Below, piece after piece: positions 49,286-59,168 of a stretch of DNA of 59,168 nucleotides; position 1 is the first letter of the stretch, and every line of letters starts with the position of its first letter. The stretch comes from Gallionellaceae bacterium UBA6222. Lineage in GTDB: Bacteria; Pseudomonadota; Gammaproteobacteria; Burkholderiales; Gallionellaceae. Made by a program: the position numbers and the translations under genes. The notes beneath the pieces are model-generated. The model worked only from the letters and a program-made list of their open reading frames with translations, made no database searches and had not been told where the DNA came from. The stretch is taken from NCBI GenBank assembly GCA_002421915.1, contig DISA01000042.1:34910-94077 (forward strand). The letters are read 5' to 3'.

Positions 49286-50401
49286 TCAGCGCCCGCGCGC
49301 ATCACCCCAGCGCAGCGGGGTACGGTCATCGCCGAGGTAATAGGTCGCCCCGGTCTTGTGCTCGACACAATAGCTCGGCGAAACGATGGTTTCCTCGAAC
49401 ACCATGCCGGAACTGATACGGGTGTATTCCAGCAGAATGCTGCGGATGACTTTGGCGTTATTGCAGATATATGAACCGCGTGTGATCCAGGCCGGCCCGA
49501 TGATCTCCGCACCCGCCTCGATGCAAACGCCGGAGTCGATATAAACCGGGCCCTCGATCTTGACGTGATTCCAGTCGATGCGGGTGTTGATACCGACCCA
49601 GATGCCGGGTTTGATTTCCTTGCCTGGCATTTCCATGTCGGCGATCTCACCCCTGAGTACGCGCTGCAGGACAGTCCAGTAGTCGTCAACATGGCCGATA
49701 TCGATCCAGTTGAAATGTCGTTTCTGCGCATAAAACGGCAACCCTTTTTCGGCCAGCATGGGAAATAGCTGACTGCCAATATCAAACACCTGGCCCGGCG
49801 GAATCAGATCGATAACTTCCGGCTCAAAAATGTAAATACCGGTACTGGCAAAACAGGAACGCGCATCTTCCGGTTTGGGTTTTTCCTGAAAAGAAAGAAT
49901 CCGCCCCGCGCTGTCGGTCTCAACCACGCCGTAGTTGCCGACCTCGGCACGCGGCACTTCCAGCGTAATAACACTGGCCATCGCTTTCCTGGCCTTGTGC
50001 TCCTGAACTGCTGCCGCGATATCGAGATCGATCAGTGCGTCGCCACAGATCACAATCGTGGTAGTGTCGAAGAAACCGCCAAAGTCCTGGATCTTGCGCA
50101 GGCCCCCGGCCGACCCCAGCGACTTCGGCGTGATCTCGCCATACTCGTACACACCCTCGTAGGAGTAACCGATGTTCACCCCCCAGGTGCTGCCGTTACC
50201 GAAGTAGTTCTCGATCTTCCAGTGCTTGTAGGCGACATTGACCATGATCTCGTCAATCCCAAAACGCGCAAGATGCTCGACCAGATATTCCATCACCGGC
50301 TTGCCGAGAATGGGAATCATCGGCTTGGGCAAATCCTGCGTCAGCGGCCTGACACGCGTGCCCTGCCCGGCGGCAAGGATCATGCCTTTTATCTTGTTCA
50401 A
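49286..50401 (-). CDS. NDP-sugar pyrophosphorylase (mannose-1-P guanylyltransferase-like)
   Basis: ILAAGQGTRVRPLT..PKPM, FQEKP, WIDIG; TTG start. Confidence 0.88.
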   Translation of the reverse strand: MNKIKGMILAAGQGTRVRPLTQDLPKPMIPILGKPVMEYLVEHLARFGIDEIMVNVAYKHWKIENYFGNGSTWGVNIGYSYEGVYEYGEITPKSLGSAGGLRKIQDFGGFFDTTTIVICGDALIDLDIAAAVQEHKARKAMASVITLEVPRAEVGNYGVVETDSAGRILSFQEKPKPEDARSCFASTGIYIFEPEVIDLIPPGQVFDIGSQLFPMLAEKGLPFYAQKRHFNWIDIGHVDDYWTVLQRVLRGEIADMEMPGKEIKPGIWVGINTRIDWNHVKIEGPVYIDSGVCIEAGAEIIGPAWITRGSYICNNAKVIRSILLEYTRISSGMVFEETIVSPSYCVEHKTGATYYLGDDRTPLRWGDARGR

Positions 50402-50452
50402 TTGACTGCCCCCTATGATTCGGTGTGGAACGATTTTACACGGATAGAATGC

Positions 50453-50482
50453 AAATGACCCGCCACTGTGGGCGGGTCATTT
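50453..50482 (-). terminator. Hairpin terminator after the tRNA cluster
   Basis: AAATGACCCGCC-ACTGTG-GGCGGGTCATTT. Confidence 0.75.
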
Positions 50483-50499
50483 GGCGCTACGGCTAAAAC

Positions 50500-50576
50500 T
50501 GGGGTGGCTGAACGGGCTCGAACCGTCGACAACTGGAATCACAATCCAGGGCTCTACCAACTGAGCTACAGCCACC
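50500..50576 (-). tRNA. tRNA-His(GTG)
   Basis: Cloverleaf with G-1, anticodon arm CTGGA-TTGTGAT-TCCAG, CCA end. Confidence 0.96.
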
Positions 50577-50595
50577 ATTGAAACGGCAAAGCGAT

Positions 50596-50672
50596 TGGCG
50601 TGCCCGACAGGAATCGAACCTGTAACCCCCAGCTTAGAAGGCTGGTGCTCTATCCGGTTGAGCTACGGGCAC
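50596..50672 (-). tRNA. tRNA-Arg(TCT)
   Basis: Anticodon arm CCAGC-CTTCTAA-GCTGG, CCA end. Confidence 0.96.
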
Positions 50673-50712
50673 AATTCTTTCGGCATCCGACAATACTTGT
50701 ATTACATGAACC

Positions 50713-50789
50713 TGGTCGGGGTGGAGAGATTCGAACTCCCGACATCCTGGTCCCAAACCAGGCGCGCTACCAGGCTACGCTACACCCCG
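50713..50789 (-). tRNA. tRNA-Pro(TGG)
   Basis: Anticodon arm CCTGG-TTTGGGA-CCAGG, CCA end. Confidence 0.96.
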
Positions 50790-50823
50790 AGAGCGCGGCA
50801 TTATACAGAGCAAGACTAAAAAA

Positions 50824-51405
50824 TCAATTTTGGCCGCGTGATTTTGCCGATATTTGCTGCCGCGCCAGCATCAGGTAGTACACCATGGACCACAGGGTGA
50901 GAATGGCGGCGAGCCAGATCAGCACGGTGCCGACCTGGCGGGTGGAAACACCGAACAGGGATTCCTGATACAGCAGGAACAGGATCGCCAGCATCTGGAA
51001 TACGGTCTTGATCTTGCCCAGCAGGGAGACGGCGACACTTTTGCTGTTGCCCAGCTGCGCCATCCACTCGCGCAGGGCGGAAATGGTGAGCTCGCGCCCG
51101 ATAATGATGAAGGCGATGATCGCATCCACGTGCCCGAGCTGGAGCAGGATGATCAGCGCGGCAACCACCATCAGCTTGTCCGCGACTGGATCAAGAAATG
51201 CGCCAAACGCCGAACTCTGGTTCAGCGCGCGCGCCAGATAACCGTCCAGCCAGTCGGTGATCGAGGCCAGCCAGAAGATGAATGTGCCGAGCAGGTGTTT
51301 ATGGTGCAGGTTAAGCGTTTCGTCCGACACATAAAACACGGCGATGAACACCGGGATCAGGAGGATGCGGAACCATGTCAGCAGGTTGGGGATGTTGGTC
51401 GGCAT
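50824..51405 (-). CDS. pgsA: CDP-diacylglycerol--glycerol-3-phosphate 3-phosphatidyltransferase
   Basis: PNLLT..R, DWLDGYLAR, GAFLDPVADK. Confidence 0.96.
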   Translation of the reverse strand: MPTNIPNLLTWFRILLIPVFIAVFYVSDETLNLHHKHLLGTFIFWLASITDWLDGYLARALNQSSAFGAFLDPVADKLMVVAALIILLQLGHVDAIIAFIIIGRELTISALREWMAQLGNSKSVAVSLLGKIKTVFQMLAILFLLYQESLFGVSTRQVGTVLIWLAAILTLWSMVYYLMLARQQISAKSRGQN

Positions 51406-51408
51406 GTT

Positions 51409-53217
51409 TCAGTGCAGATGGTTGTATATTTTTTTTGCGAGCGACGGACTGATGCCGTCCACTCTTCCCAGTTCTTCCACGCTTGCCTGTTGCACGCCTT
51501 TCAAACCGCCGAAGCGGGTCAACAGATTGCGGCGGCGTTTTTCGCCTATGCCCTCGATTTCTTCCAGCGACGAGGCAGTGCGTGCCTTGCCGCGCCGCGC
51601 CCGGTGTCCGCTGATGGCAAAACGGTGCGCCTCGTCGCGCACCTGCTGGATCAGATGCAGGGCCGGGCTGTCGGGCGGCAATTGTAAAGGCTTTTCCGCG
51701 CCGGGTCGCAACAATTGCTCCATGCCCGGTTTGCGTTCCACTCCTTTCGCCACGCCAACCAGAGCGATGTCGGTCAGACCCAATTCTGTCATCACCTCCA
51801 GGGCAACGCCCAGCTGCCCGGCGCCGCCGTCGATCAGGATCAGGTCGGGCCGCTTGCCAATACCCTGCTGCAATTTCTGGTAACGGCGCAACAGCGCCTG
51901 GCGCATCGCCGCGTAATCGTCGCCCGGGGTAATGCCCGCGATGTTGTAGCGGCGATATTCCTGCGGCCGGATTTCAAGCTCGTCATACACCACACAGGAC
52001 GCCACCGTCGCTTCGCCCATGGTGTGGCTAATGTCGAAACATTCGATCCGCTTGAGATCGGGCAAGTCCAGCGCCGCGCGCAAAGCATCAAGGCGCAAAG
52101 TCTGGCCGGCCTGCAAACCGGCCTGGCGCCGCAAGGCGAGCAAGGCATTGGCCTGCGCCATCTCCAGCCACTGCCGCCGTTCACCGCTGACGACATGGCG
52201 AATCTGCACTTTGTGCCCGGCCTGCTCGCTCAATAGTTCTGCCAGCGCGTCATCTTCAACCGCAAGGTTGGTGATGATCAGGGGGGGTGCGCGATGTTCC
52301 AGATAATGCTGCGCCAGAAAGGCTTGCAGTGCTTCGGTGCTGTCCTGCCCCTGCACGTTGCGCGGCAAGAACGGTTTATCGCCCAAGTGACGCCCGCCGC
52401 GCACCACTGCCAGATTCAGACACAGCGCGCCCTGCTCCCCGACCACGGCGACGATATCGGCATCGGTCGCGCGCCCGCTTTCCACGAACTGCTGCTGCTG
52501 CACGGTGTGCAGTGCCTGCAACTGGTCACGCAAGGCGGCGGCGTGTTCGTATTCCAGCTTCTCCGCCGCCTGTTCCATCGCCGCACGCAGGCGTTTTTCC
52601 ACTTCGTCATGCTTTCCGTGCAGCAGCAGTCCCGCATTGCACACATCGGTCGCGTAATCTTCCGCGCTGATACTGCCCACGCACGGTGCGCTGCAGCGAT
52701 GGATCTGGTGCAGCAGACAGGGTCGGGTGCGGTTGCTGAATACGCCGTCTTCGCAGGTCCGCAGCCTGAACACTTTCTGCAGCAGGTTAATGGTTTCCTT
52801 CGCCGCCTGCGCGTTGGGGTAAGGTCCGAAATACTGGTGGCGCTTGTCGGTCGTGCCGCGATAATAGGTCAGGCGCGGCGACGGGCCGCCGGTGAGCACG
52901 ATGTAGGGATAGGACTTGTCGTCACGGAACAGAATGTTGTAGCGCGGCTTGAGCGATTTGATCAGGTTGTTTTCCAGCAGCAGGGCTTCGGCTTCGGAGC
53001 GCGTCACCGTCACCTCGATGCGCGCGATGTGCGACACCATCAACTGGATCCGCGGCGACAGGTTGCTTTTCTGGAAATAGGAGCCGACACGCTTCTTCAG
53101 CTGGTTCGCCTTGCCCACATACAGAACCTGCCCCGCCTCATCCAGCATGCGATACACGCCGGGCTGCAAGGGCAGCGAGGCGACAAAGGACTTGGGGGCG
53201 AAGGCTTCGTCCGGCAT
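51409..53217 (-). CDS. uvrC: Excinuclease ABC subunit C
   Basis: PGVYRM...[31 protein letters not shown]. Confidence 0.97.
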   Translation of the reverse strand: MPDEAFAPKSFVASLPLQPGVYRMLDEAGQVLYVGKANQLKKRVGSYFQKSNLSPRIQLMVSHIARIEVTVTRSEAEALLLENNLIKSLKPRYNILFRDDKSYPYIVLTGGPSPRLTYYRGTTDKRHQYFGPYPNAQAAKETINLLQKVFRLRTCEDGVFSNRTRPCLLHQIHRCSAPCVGSISAEDYATDVCNAGLLLHGKHDEVEKRLRAAMEQAAEKLEYEHAAALRDQLQALHTVQQQQFVESGRATDADIVAVVGEQGALCLNLAVVRGGRHLGDKPFLPRNVQGQDSTEALQAFLAQHYLEHRAPPLIITNLAVEDDALAELLSEQAGHKVQIRHVVSGERRQWLEMAQANALLALRRQAGLQAGQTLRLDALRAALDLPDLKRIECFDISHTMGEATVASCVVYDELEIRPQEYRRYNIAGITPGDDYAAMRQALLRRYQKLQQGIGKRPDLILIDGGAGQLGVALEVMTELGLTDIALVGVAKGVERKPGMEQLLRPGAEKPLQLPPDSPALHLIQQVRDEAHRFAISGHRARRGKARTASSLEEIEGIGEKRRRNLLTRFGGLKGVQQASVEELGRVDGISPSLAKKIYNHLH

Positions 53218-53219
53218 GT

Positions 53220-53858
53220 TCAGATCAGCGCCTGCAACCCGCTTGCGAACTCGGTGGCACCACCATTCGCGGGATGCCTGACTGCACCTGCGACCCTTAC
53301 CCCCATCCCGGCGAGCAAACCTTCCGCCTTCTTGCCTACGGCGACGATCCTTGCCTGCGGGAACGCTGCGATCAGCATACGCATGGCCGGTTCGCCCAAT
53401 GCGATCTCTCCAGGTGTCGGCGTCCTGTTCGACCAAAGGTTGTCTGCGCGATGCGGATGCAATTGCATCGCGTTCCACAGGATGGTGCGCTCGGCGATGC
53501 CCAGCCGATACAAGGTTTTCCAAACAATGGTGGCGGACGGCTCTGAGAACGGCAACCGCCGGGTCGACAAGCGCCTGGGCAGCGCTGCGATACGGGGAAT
53601 CGCACCCTCACCCAACAAGCGCTCGCTGGTGAAGGCGATGCCGCTGTAACGGCAGCCTTGATAGCCGGGCGCCTCACCCGCAAGGATGAACGCCGGTTCG
53701 CAATCCAGATGCAGCGCCAGCCTCGCGAGCTTTTCCTGCGGGCCGTTGCCTGCGGCATCATGCGGACAATGGTCAGCCCACGGGTTGAACAATCCCGGCT
53801 TGCCGGAGGGCAAGGTGGCGGCCAGTCTGCGTGCCAGTGAATGGCTGGATGGGTTCAT
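53220..53858 (-). CDS. Uracil-DNA glycosylase superfamily protein
   Basis: [25 protein letters not shown]. Confidence 0.82.
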   Translation of the reverse strand: MNPSSHSLARRLAATLPSGKPGLFNPWADHCPHDAAGNGPQEKLARLALHLDCEPAFILAGEAPGYQGCRYSGIAFTSERLLGEGAIPRIAALPRRLSTRRLPFSEPSATIVWKTLYRLGIAERTILWNAMQLHPHRADNLWSNRTPTPGEIALGEPAMRMLIAAFPQARIVAVGKKAEGLLAGMGVRVAGAVRHPANGGATEFASGLQALI

Positions 53859-53891
53859 CTCTTCCCTGCTTGCGATCGTACTGTGGCAATG

Positions 53892-53916
53892 AAAAGCCCC
53901 GCACGCGGCGGGGCTT
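53892..53916 (-). terminator. Terminator after pnp
   Basis: AAGCCCCGC-N5-GCGGGGCTT with a U-tract on the minus strand. Confidence 0.7.
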
Positions 53917-53936
53917 GAAGGATAGCACTATGGCGC

Positions 53937-56051
53937 TTATTCGGCGGCCGGCACCTCGGTTTCCGGACGCGGCTGCAGGGCTTTCATGCTCAAACGCATA
54001 CGGCCTTTGTCATCCACTTCCAGCACCTTGACCTTGACCACTTGGCCTTCTTTCAGGTAATCGGACACGCTGGCGATACGCTCGTGCGAGATTTGCGAGA
54101 TATGCAGCAAACCGTCCTTGCCCGGCAGAATATTGATCAGTGCGCCAAAATCCAGCAGCTTGACCACCGGACCCTCGTACACCTTGCCCACTTCGACCTC
54201 GGCCACGATGTCTTCGATACGTTTCTTCGCCATCTCGCCCGCCTCGCCGCTCACGCAGGAGATGGTGACATTGCCTTCGTCATCAATGTCGATGGTGGTG
54301 GCGGTCTCCTCGGTCAGCGCGCGGATCACCGCGCCGCCCTTGCCGATTACGTCGCGGATTTTGTCCGGGTTGATCTTCATCTTGATCATGCGCGGCGCGA
54401 AGTCGGAGACTTCCGGGCGCACCGACGGCATCGCCTGTTTCATGATGCCGAGGATGTGCATGCGTCCTTCCTTGGCCTGGCTCAATGCCACTTGCATGAT
54501 CTCCTTGGTGATGCCGTTGATCTTGATGTCCATCTGCAAAGCGGTGATGCCCGTGTCGGAACCGGCCACCTTGAAATCCATATCACCCAGGTGATCTTCA
54601 TCACCCAGGATATCGGTCAGCACCGCGAAACGTCCACCGTCCTTGATCAGCCCCATCGCGATACCGGCCACGTGGTTTTTCAGCGCCACCCCCGCATCCA
54701 TCAGCGACAGGCAACCGCCGCACACCGATGCCATCGAGCTGGAACCGTTGGATTCGGTGATTTCGGAAACCACGCGCATCGCGTAACCGCACTCATCTTC
54801 GCCCGGCAACACGGCGACCAGCGCCCGCTTGGCCAAACGGCCATGGCCGATTTCACGGCGCTTGGGTGTGCCCACACGGCCCGTTTCGCCCGTGGCGTAC
54901 GGCGGGAAGTTGTAATGCAGCATAAAACGATCGCTGAACTCGCCCTGCAGTGCATCAATCTTTTGCGCGTCGCGCATCGAACCAAGCGTGGCGATGACCA
55001 GCGCCTGTGTTTCGCCACGGGTAAACAACACCGAACCGTGCGTACGCGGCAGCACGCCGGTGCGGATGGTGATCGGTCGCACCGTGCGGGTGTCGCGGCC
55101 ATCGATACGCGGCTCGCCGCCCAATATCTGACCGCGCACGATCTTCGCTTCCAGTGCGCTGAACAGTTCGCCAATCTCGTTCCTGGAGACATTCTCGAAT
55201 TCGGGGGTCTCCAGCGCTGCGAACACCTTCGCGCGAATCGCTTCGACTTGATGCGTACGCGCCTGTTTTTCGCGTACCGCATAAGCGGCTTGCAGTTCGT
55301 TTTCCGCCAGCGCATTGATCCGGGCGATCAGCGCTTCGTTCTTCGGCGCGGGCGCCCAGTCCCAATCATCCTGGCCCGTCGCATCGGCCATCTCGTTGAT
55401 CGCATTGATGACAGCCTGCATCTGTTCATGCCCGTACATCACCGCCCCCAGCATCACCTCTTCCGACAGTTCCTGCGCTTCGGATTCAACCATCAGCACC
55501 GCTTGCGAAGTACCCGCCACCACCAGATCCATCTGCGAAGTCGCCAACTCATCTTTGGTCGGATTGAGCAAATACTGGCCGTTGGCGTAACCCACGCGCG
55601 CCGCGCCGATCGGGCCGTCGAACGGGATGCCGGAGATGGCCAGTGCCGCAGAAGCACCGATCATGGCCGGAATATCGGCGTCGATCTGCGGATCGGATGA
55701 CATCACGGTCGCCACGATCTGCACTTCGTTGTAAAAACTCTCCGGGAACAGCGGGCGCAGCGGACGGTCGATCAGGCGGCAAGTGAGGATCTCCTTTTCG
55801 CGCAACGGGCCTTCACGCTTTAAAAAACCACCGGGAATCTTGCCGGCTGCATAGGTCTTTTCAATATAGTCCACGGTCAGCGGGAAGAAATCCTGTTCCG
55901 GCTTGGCATCCTTGCGTCCCACCACAGTGACCAGCACCACGGTATCCCCCAGACTGACCATCACCGCAGCGCTGGCTTGTTTGGCGATCTCGCCAGTCTC
56001 GAATGTCAGCTGTTGATTGCCGTAACTCAGTGTTTTTTTATAGTGGCTCAA
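53937..56051 (-). CDS. pnp: Polyribonucleotide nucleotidyltransferase
   Basis: [28 protein letters not shown] and S1 domains; TTG start after GAGAGG. Confidence 0.97.
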   Translation of the reverse strand: MSHYKKTLSYGNQQLTFETGEIAKQASAAVMVSLGDTVVLVTVVGRKDAKPEQDFFPLTVDYIEKTYAAGKIPGGFLKREGPLREKEILTCRLIDRPLRPLFPESFYNEVQIVATVMSSDPQIDADIPAMIGASAALAISGIPFDGPIGAARVGYANGQYLLNPTKDELATSQMDLVVAGTSQAVLMVESEAQELSEEVMLGAVMYGHEQMQAVINAINEMADATGQDDWDWAPAPKNEALIARINALAENELQAAYAVREKQARTHQVEAIRAKVFAALETPEFENVSRNEIGELFSALEAKIVRGQILGGEPRIDGRDTRTVRPITIRTGVLPRTHGSVLFTRGETQALVIATLGSMRDAQKIDALQGEFSDRFMLHYNFPPYATGETGRVGTPKRREIGHGRLAKRALVAVLPGEDECGYAMRVVSEITESNGSSSMASVCGGCLSLMDAGVALKNHVAGIAMGLIKDGGRFAVLTDILGDEDHLGDMDFKVAGSDTGITALQMDIKINGITKEIMQVALSQAKEGRMHILGIMKQAMPSVRPEVSDFAPRMIKMKINPDKIRDVIGKGGAVIRALTEETATTIDIDDEGNVTISCVSGEAGEMAKKRIEDIVAEVEVGKVYEGPVVKLLDFGALINILPGKDGLLHISQISHERIASVSDYLKEGQVVKVKVLEVDDKGRMRLSMKALQPRPETEVPAAE

Positions 56052-56100
56052 AATAGACCTCTCAATGAAGTGGTTGGGATGCGGGCTTAATTGCCGCGCC

Positions 56101-56130
56101 AAAACGAAGCGGGCCGCTAATGCGACCCGC
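56101..56130 (-). terminator. Hairpin between rpsO and pnp
   Basis: GCGGGCCGC-TAAT-GCGACCCGC with a U-rich tail on the minus strand. Confidence 0.55.
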
Positions 56131-56143
56131 CGGTAAACTTGTG

Positions 56144-56413
56144 TTACTTGCGCAGTTCCAGACGCTGGATCAGCGCTTGGTAGCCTGCTTCGTTCTTGCT
56201 CTTCAGATAATCCAGCAGCTTGCGCCGACGGCTGACCAGGCGCAGCAGGCCGCGACGGGAGTGGTGGTCTTTATTGTGCTCCTTGAAGTGATCCATCAGA
56301 TAGTTGATACGGGCGGTCATCAGTGCGACTTGAACTTCGGGGGAGCCGGTATCGCCTTTGGCGCGTTGGTAGTCGGCCACGATTTGCGATCTTTGTGCGG
56401 CGGTAATAGACAT
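56144..56413 (-). CDS. rpsO: 30S ribosomal protein S15
   Basis: [21 protein letters not shown]. Confidence 0.98.
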   Translation of the reverse strand: MSITAAQRSQIVADYQRAKGDTGSPEVQVALMTARINYLMDHFKEHNKDHHSRRGLLRLVSRRRKLLDYLKSKNEAGYQALIQRLELRK

Positions 56414-56484
56414 TGACTTCTTCTCCAGTTAAAAGGTGCGGTAATAAAAAAGTGCGGCATTCTACACTTGAATAGGGCGCGCGC

Positions 56485-57435
56485 TCAAGCTGATTTCGGT
56501 ACGGCTGCTGCGCGGGCGATGCCGGACAGCAGGCGACTGGGCGACAGCCTGCCCGTCGCCAGGTCGCCCAGTCCGATAAACTCCCGGCCGACATATAGTC
56601 TGCGTTTGCCATCGGGGTAGTCATCCGTCAGGCCCAGACGCTGTCCCTGCGCCAGTCGCCCCGCCTGAATCACATCCAGCTCCAGTTTCGGCAAATTCAA
56701 TACCAGACTATCCAGCGGCAATAGGCAGGCATCGCGCTGCGCTTCGTCCATCGCCTCCAATTGCGGCAAAGTCCGTGCATCAGCCAGATTGAAATCACCA
56801 ATCCCGCTGCGGCGCAAGCCGGTCAAATGTGCCCCGCAGCCCAGCGCTTCACCGATATCCTCCGCCAGCGTGCGCACATAAGTGCCCTTGCTGCACAACA
56901 CATCAAGCACCAGTTCCTCCGCCTCCCGGCGCTGCAGGATCAGTTCCCGGATCACGACCGGACGGACTTCGCGTTCAACTGTCTCGCCCTTGCGGATGTA
57001 TTCGTAGAGCGGTTTGCCCTGGTGCTTGAGGGCGCTGTACATGGGAGGCAACTGTTGTATCTCGCCGGTGAAGGCAGCCAACACCTGCCGCAGCTGATCC
57101 GCGGTAACTGCCACCGCGCGCTGTTCGACGATCTCCCCCTCGGCATCACCGGTACTGGTGCGCTGGCCGAGACGCACCGTCGCCAGATAGCGCTTGTCCG
57201 CATCCAGCAGGGCATGGGTGAACTTGGTTGCCTCACCGAAGCAGATCGGCAGCAATCCTGTGGCCAGCGGGTCGAGAGTGCCGGTATGACCGGCTTTCTC
57301 TGCCCGGAACAAGCGGCGGACTTTTTGCAGGGCGATGTTGGAGCTGAGCTGGAGCGGTTTGTCGAACAGTAGCACACCGTCCAGCGGCCTTTTGATGGGT
57401 GCCGCGCGTTCAGTTTTTGTTGTGGTCACTGGCAA
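56485..57435 (-). CDS. truB: tRNA pseudouridine(55) synthase; start uncertain
   Basis: KAGHTGTLDPLATG, PPMYSALK, CSKGTYVR. Confidence 0.96.
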   Translation of the reverse strand: MPVTTTKTERAAPIKRPLDGVLLFDKPLQLSSNIALQKVRRLFRAEKAGHTGTLDPLATGLLPICFGEATKFTHALLDADKRYLATVRLGQRTSTGDAEGEIVEQRAVAVTADQLRQVLAAFTGEIQQLPPMYSALKHQGKPLYEYIRKGETVEREVRPVVIRELILQRREAEELVLDVLCSKGTYVRTLAEDIGEALGCGAHLTGLRRSGIGDFNLADARTLPQLEAMDEAQRDACLLPLDSLVLNLPKLELDVIQAGRLAQGQRLGLTDDYPDGKRRLYVGREFIGLGDLATGRLSPSRLLSGIARAAAVPKSA

Positions 57436-57769
57436 CGGCTTGATCGATCAGCTGCGACAGATGCGCGCCGCGTTCAATGGACGCATCGTACACAAAGTGC
57501 AGTTGCGGCGTGATGCGCAGCTTCATGGCATGCGCCAACTGGCTGCGCAGAAAACCGGCGGCCCGCTCCAGCCCCTGTTGCAGCAATGCGCTGTCACCCT
57601 CCAGTGAGGTGTAGAACACTTTGGCGTGTGCATAATCGTTGGTCACCTCAACGCCGGTCAGCGTGACTTTGCGCACACGCGGGTCTTTTACTGCCAGCCG
57701 CATCATTTCCGCCAGTTCGCGCAAAAGCTGCTCGGCGATGCGATCGGTGCGTGCGTAATCCTTTGCCAT
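57410..57769 (-). CDS. rbfA: Ribosome-binding factor A
   Basis: RTDRIAEQ, KDPR, AAGFLR, PQLHFVYD; TAATG coupling with infB. Confidence 0.96.
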   Translation of the reverse strand: MAKDYARTDRIAEQLLRELAEMMRLAVKDPRVRKVTLTGVEVTNDYAHAKVFYTSLEGDSALLQQGLERAAGFLRSQLAHAMKLRITPQLHFVYDASIERGAHLSQLIDQAVASDHNKN

Positions 57770-59168
57770 TACAACGCCCGTGCGACCTCGACGATCTCGA
57801 ACACTTCCAGCATATCGCCCACCTCCAGGTCGTTGTAACCGCGCAGGGACAGGCCGCACTCGAAGTTGGACTTCACCTCCTTCGCATCATCCTTGAAGCG
57901 CTTCAGCGAATCCAGTTCACCGGTGTGGATTACCACGTTGTCGCGCAACACCCGCACACTGGAACCGCGCTTGATCAAGCCCTCGGTAACATAACAGCCC
58001 GCCACCGTGCCCACCTTGGAGATGTGATAGACCTGACGCACCTCGACCATGCCGATGATGCTTTCTTTTCTCTCCGGCGCCAGCATGCCCGACAAGGCGG
58101 CTTTGATCTCATCCACCATCGCATAGATGATGTTGTAGTAGCGAATCTCCACGCCCGACGCTTCGGCCAGACGGCGAGCCGCCACGTCCGCCCGTGAATT
58201 GAAACCGATGATGATGGCTTTGGAGGCCAGGGCAAGATTGACATCCGACTCTGTGATGCCACCCACGCCGCTGTGAATCAGACTGACCTTGACCTCATTG
58301 GTGGAAAGTTTCTGCAGTGACCCGGCGATCGCCTCGATTGAACCCTGTACATCCGCCTTGACGATCAGCGCCAAAGTACGCACTTCGCCTTCGCCCATCT
58401 GTTCGAACATATTTTCCAGTTTGGCAGCCTGCTGCTTGGCCAGTTTCACGTCACGGAATTTGCCCTGACGGAACAGCGCGATCTCGCGCGCCTTCTTTTC
58501 ATCGGCCAGCACAAGGAAATCGGCGCCCGCCACCGGCACTTCGGACAAGCCCTGCACCTCGACCGGAATCGACGGGCCGGCCTCGGTGACCGGCTTGCCG
58601 TTCTCGTCCAACATAGCGCGCACCCGCCCGGAAACCGAACCGACCAGGACTGCATCACCGCGTTTCAATGTGCCGGACTGAACCAGCAAAGTTGCCACGG
58701 CACCCTTGCCCTTATCCAGCCGTGCTTCGACCACCACACCTTTGGCTGTCGTATTTTTTGCTGCTTTCAGCTCCAGCACCTCAGCTTGCAGCAACAGTCC
58801 TTCAAGCAATGCATCGATACCTTGTCCGGTCTTGGCCGATACTTCGACGAACATGCAATCGCCACCCCAATCTTCGGGCACAACGTTTTCCGCCACCAAT
58901 TCCTGCCGTACCTTTTCCAAATTCGCATCAGGTTTGTCAACCTTGGTCACCGCGACCACGATCGGCACTCCTGCCGCACGGGCATGGTGAATCGCTTCCT
59001 TGGTTTGCGGCATGACGCCGTCGTCCGCCGCCACCACCAGAATCACAATATCGGTCGCCTGCGCACCGCGTGCACGCATCGCGGTAAAAGCCTCATGGCC
59101 CGGCGTATCAAGGAAGGTGATCATCCCGCGCGGAGTTTCCACGTGATAGGCGCCAATGTGCTGGGTGA
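57769..59168 (-). CDS. infB: Translation initiation factor IF-2, 3' part
   Basis: [33 protein letters not shown]. Confidence 0.97.
   Translation of the reverse strand, partial: TQHIGAYHVETPRGMITFLDTPGHEAFTAMRARGAQATDIVILVVAADDGVMPQTKEAIHHARAAGVPIVVAVTKVDKPDANLEKVRQELVAENVVPEDWGGDCMFVEVSAKTGQGIDALLEGLLLQAEVLELKAAKNTTAKGVVVEARLDKGKGAVATLLVQSGTLKRGDAVLVGSVSGRVRAMLDENGKPVTEAGPSIPVEVQGLSEVPVAGADFLVLADEKKAREIALFRQGKFRDVKLAKQQAAKLENMFEQMGEGEVRTLALIVKADVQGSIEAIAGSLQKLSTNEVKVSLIHSGVGGITESDVNLALASKAIIIGFNSRADVAARRLAEASGVEIRYYNIIYAMVDEIKAALSGMLAPERKESIIGMVEVRQVYHISKVGTVAGCYVTEGLIKRGSSVRVLRDNVVIHTGELDSLKRFKDDAKEVKSNFECGLSLRGYNDLEVGDMLEVFEIVEVARAL

Noticed and set aside
50500..50789. tRNA cluster as an integration site
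   Set aside because: No adjacent integrase or duplicated tRNA 3' end found

Overview
Betaproteobacterial chromosome segment. Gallionellaceae/Nitrosomonadales is a guess from gene content and repeat types and is not verified. The housekeeping backbone runs gyrA (5' end), ubiG, ssrA, dapB-bamE-recN-nadK, hrcA-hemH, mnmC, mutL-MFS-miaA, an L-Ara4N (arn) operon, xseA, tRNA-Pro/Arg/His, pgsA-uvrC, and pnp-rpsO-truB-rbfA-infB (partial). The main accessory feature is a tandem island array at the tmRNA 3' end. Island 1 (~9 kb) is a capsid-less P4/PICI-like satellite with int, higBA, radC, alpA and a TOPRIM-DUF927 primase-helicase. Its core is bracketed by two 150-bp iteron-rich inverted repeats, it carries a lambda-cosQ-like site, and a SymR-like antisense RNA layout overlaps the radC start. 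Island 2 is a decayed relative that keeps only an AbiEii-type nucleotidyltransferase and a partner gene. Other notable items: a TA cassette flanked by a 125-bp duplication of the mutL 3' end, six TA loci in total (two with dead toxins), REP-like palindromes inserted in-frame in mnmC, mutL and miaA, a hemerythrin-fused adenylate cyclase, and a split heme-c sensor/HD-GYP pair with possible docking helices. All calls come from reading motifs by eye. No database searches were run.
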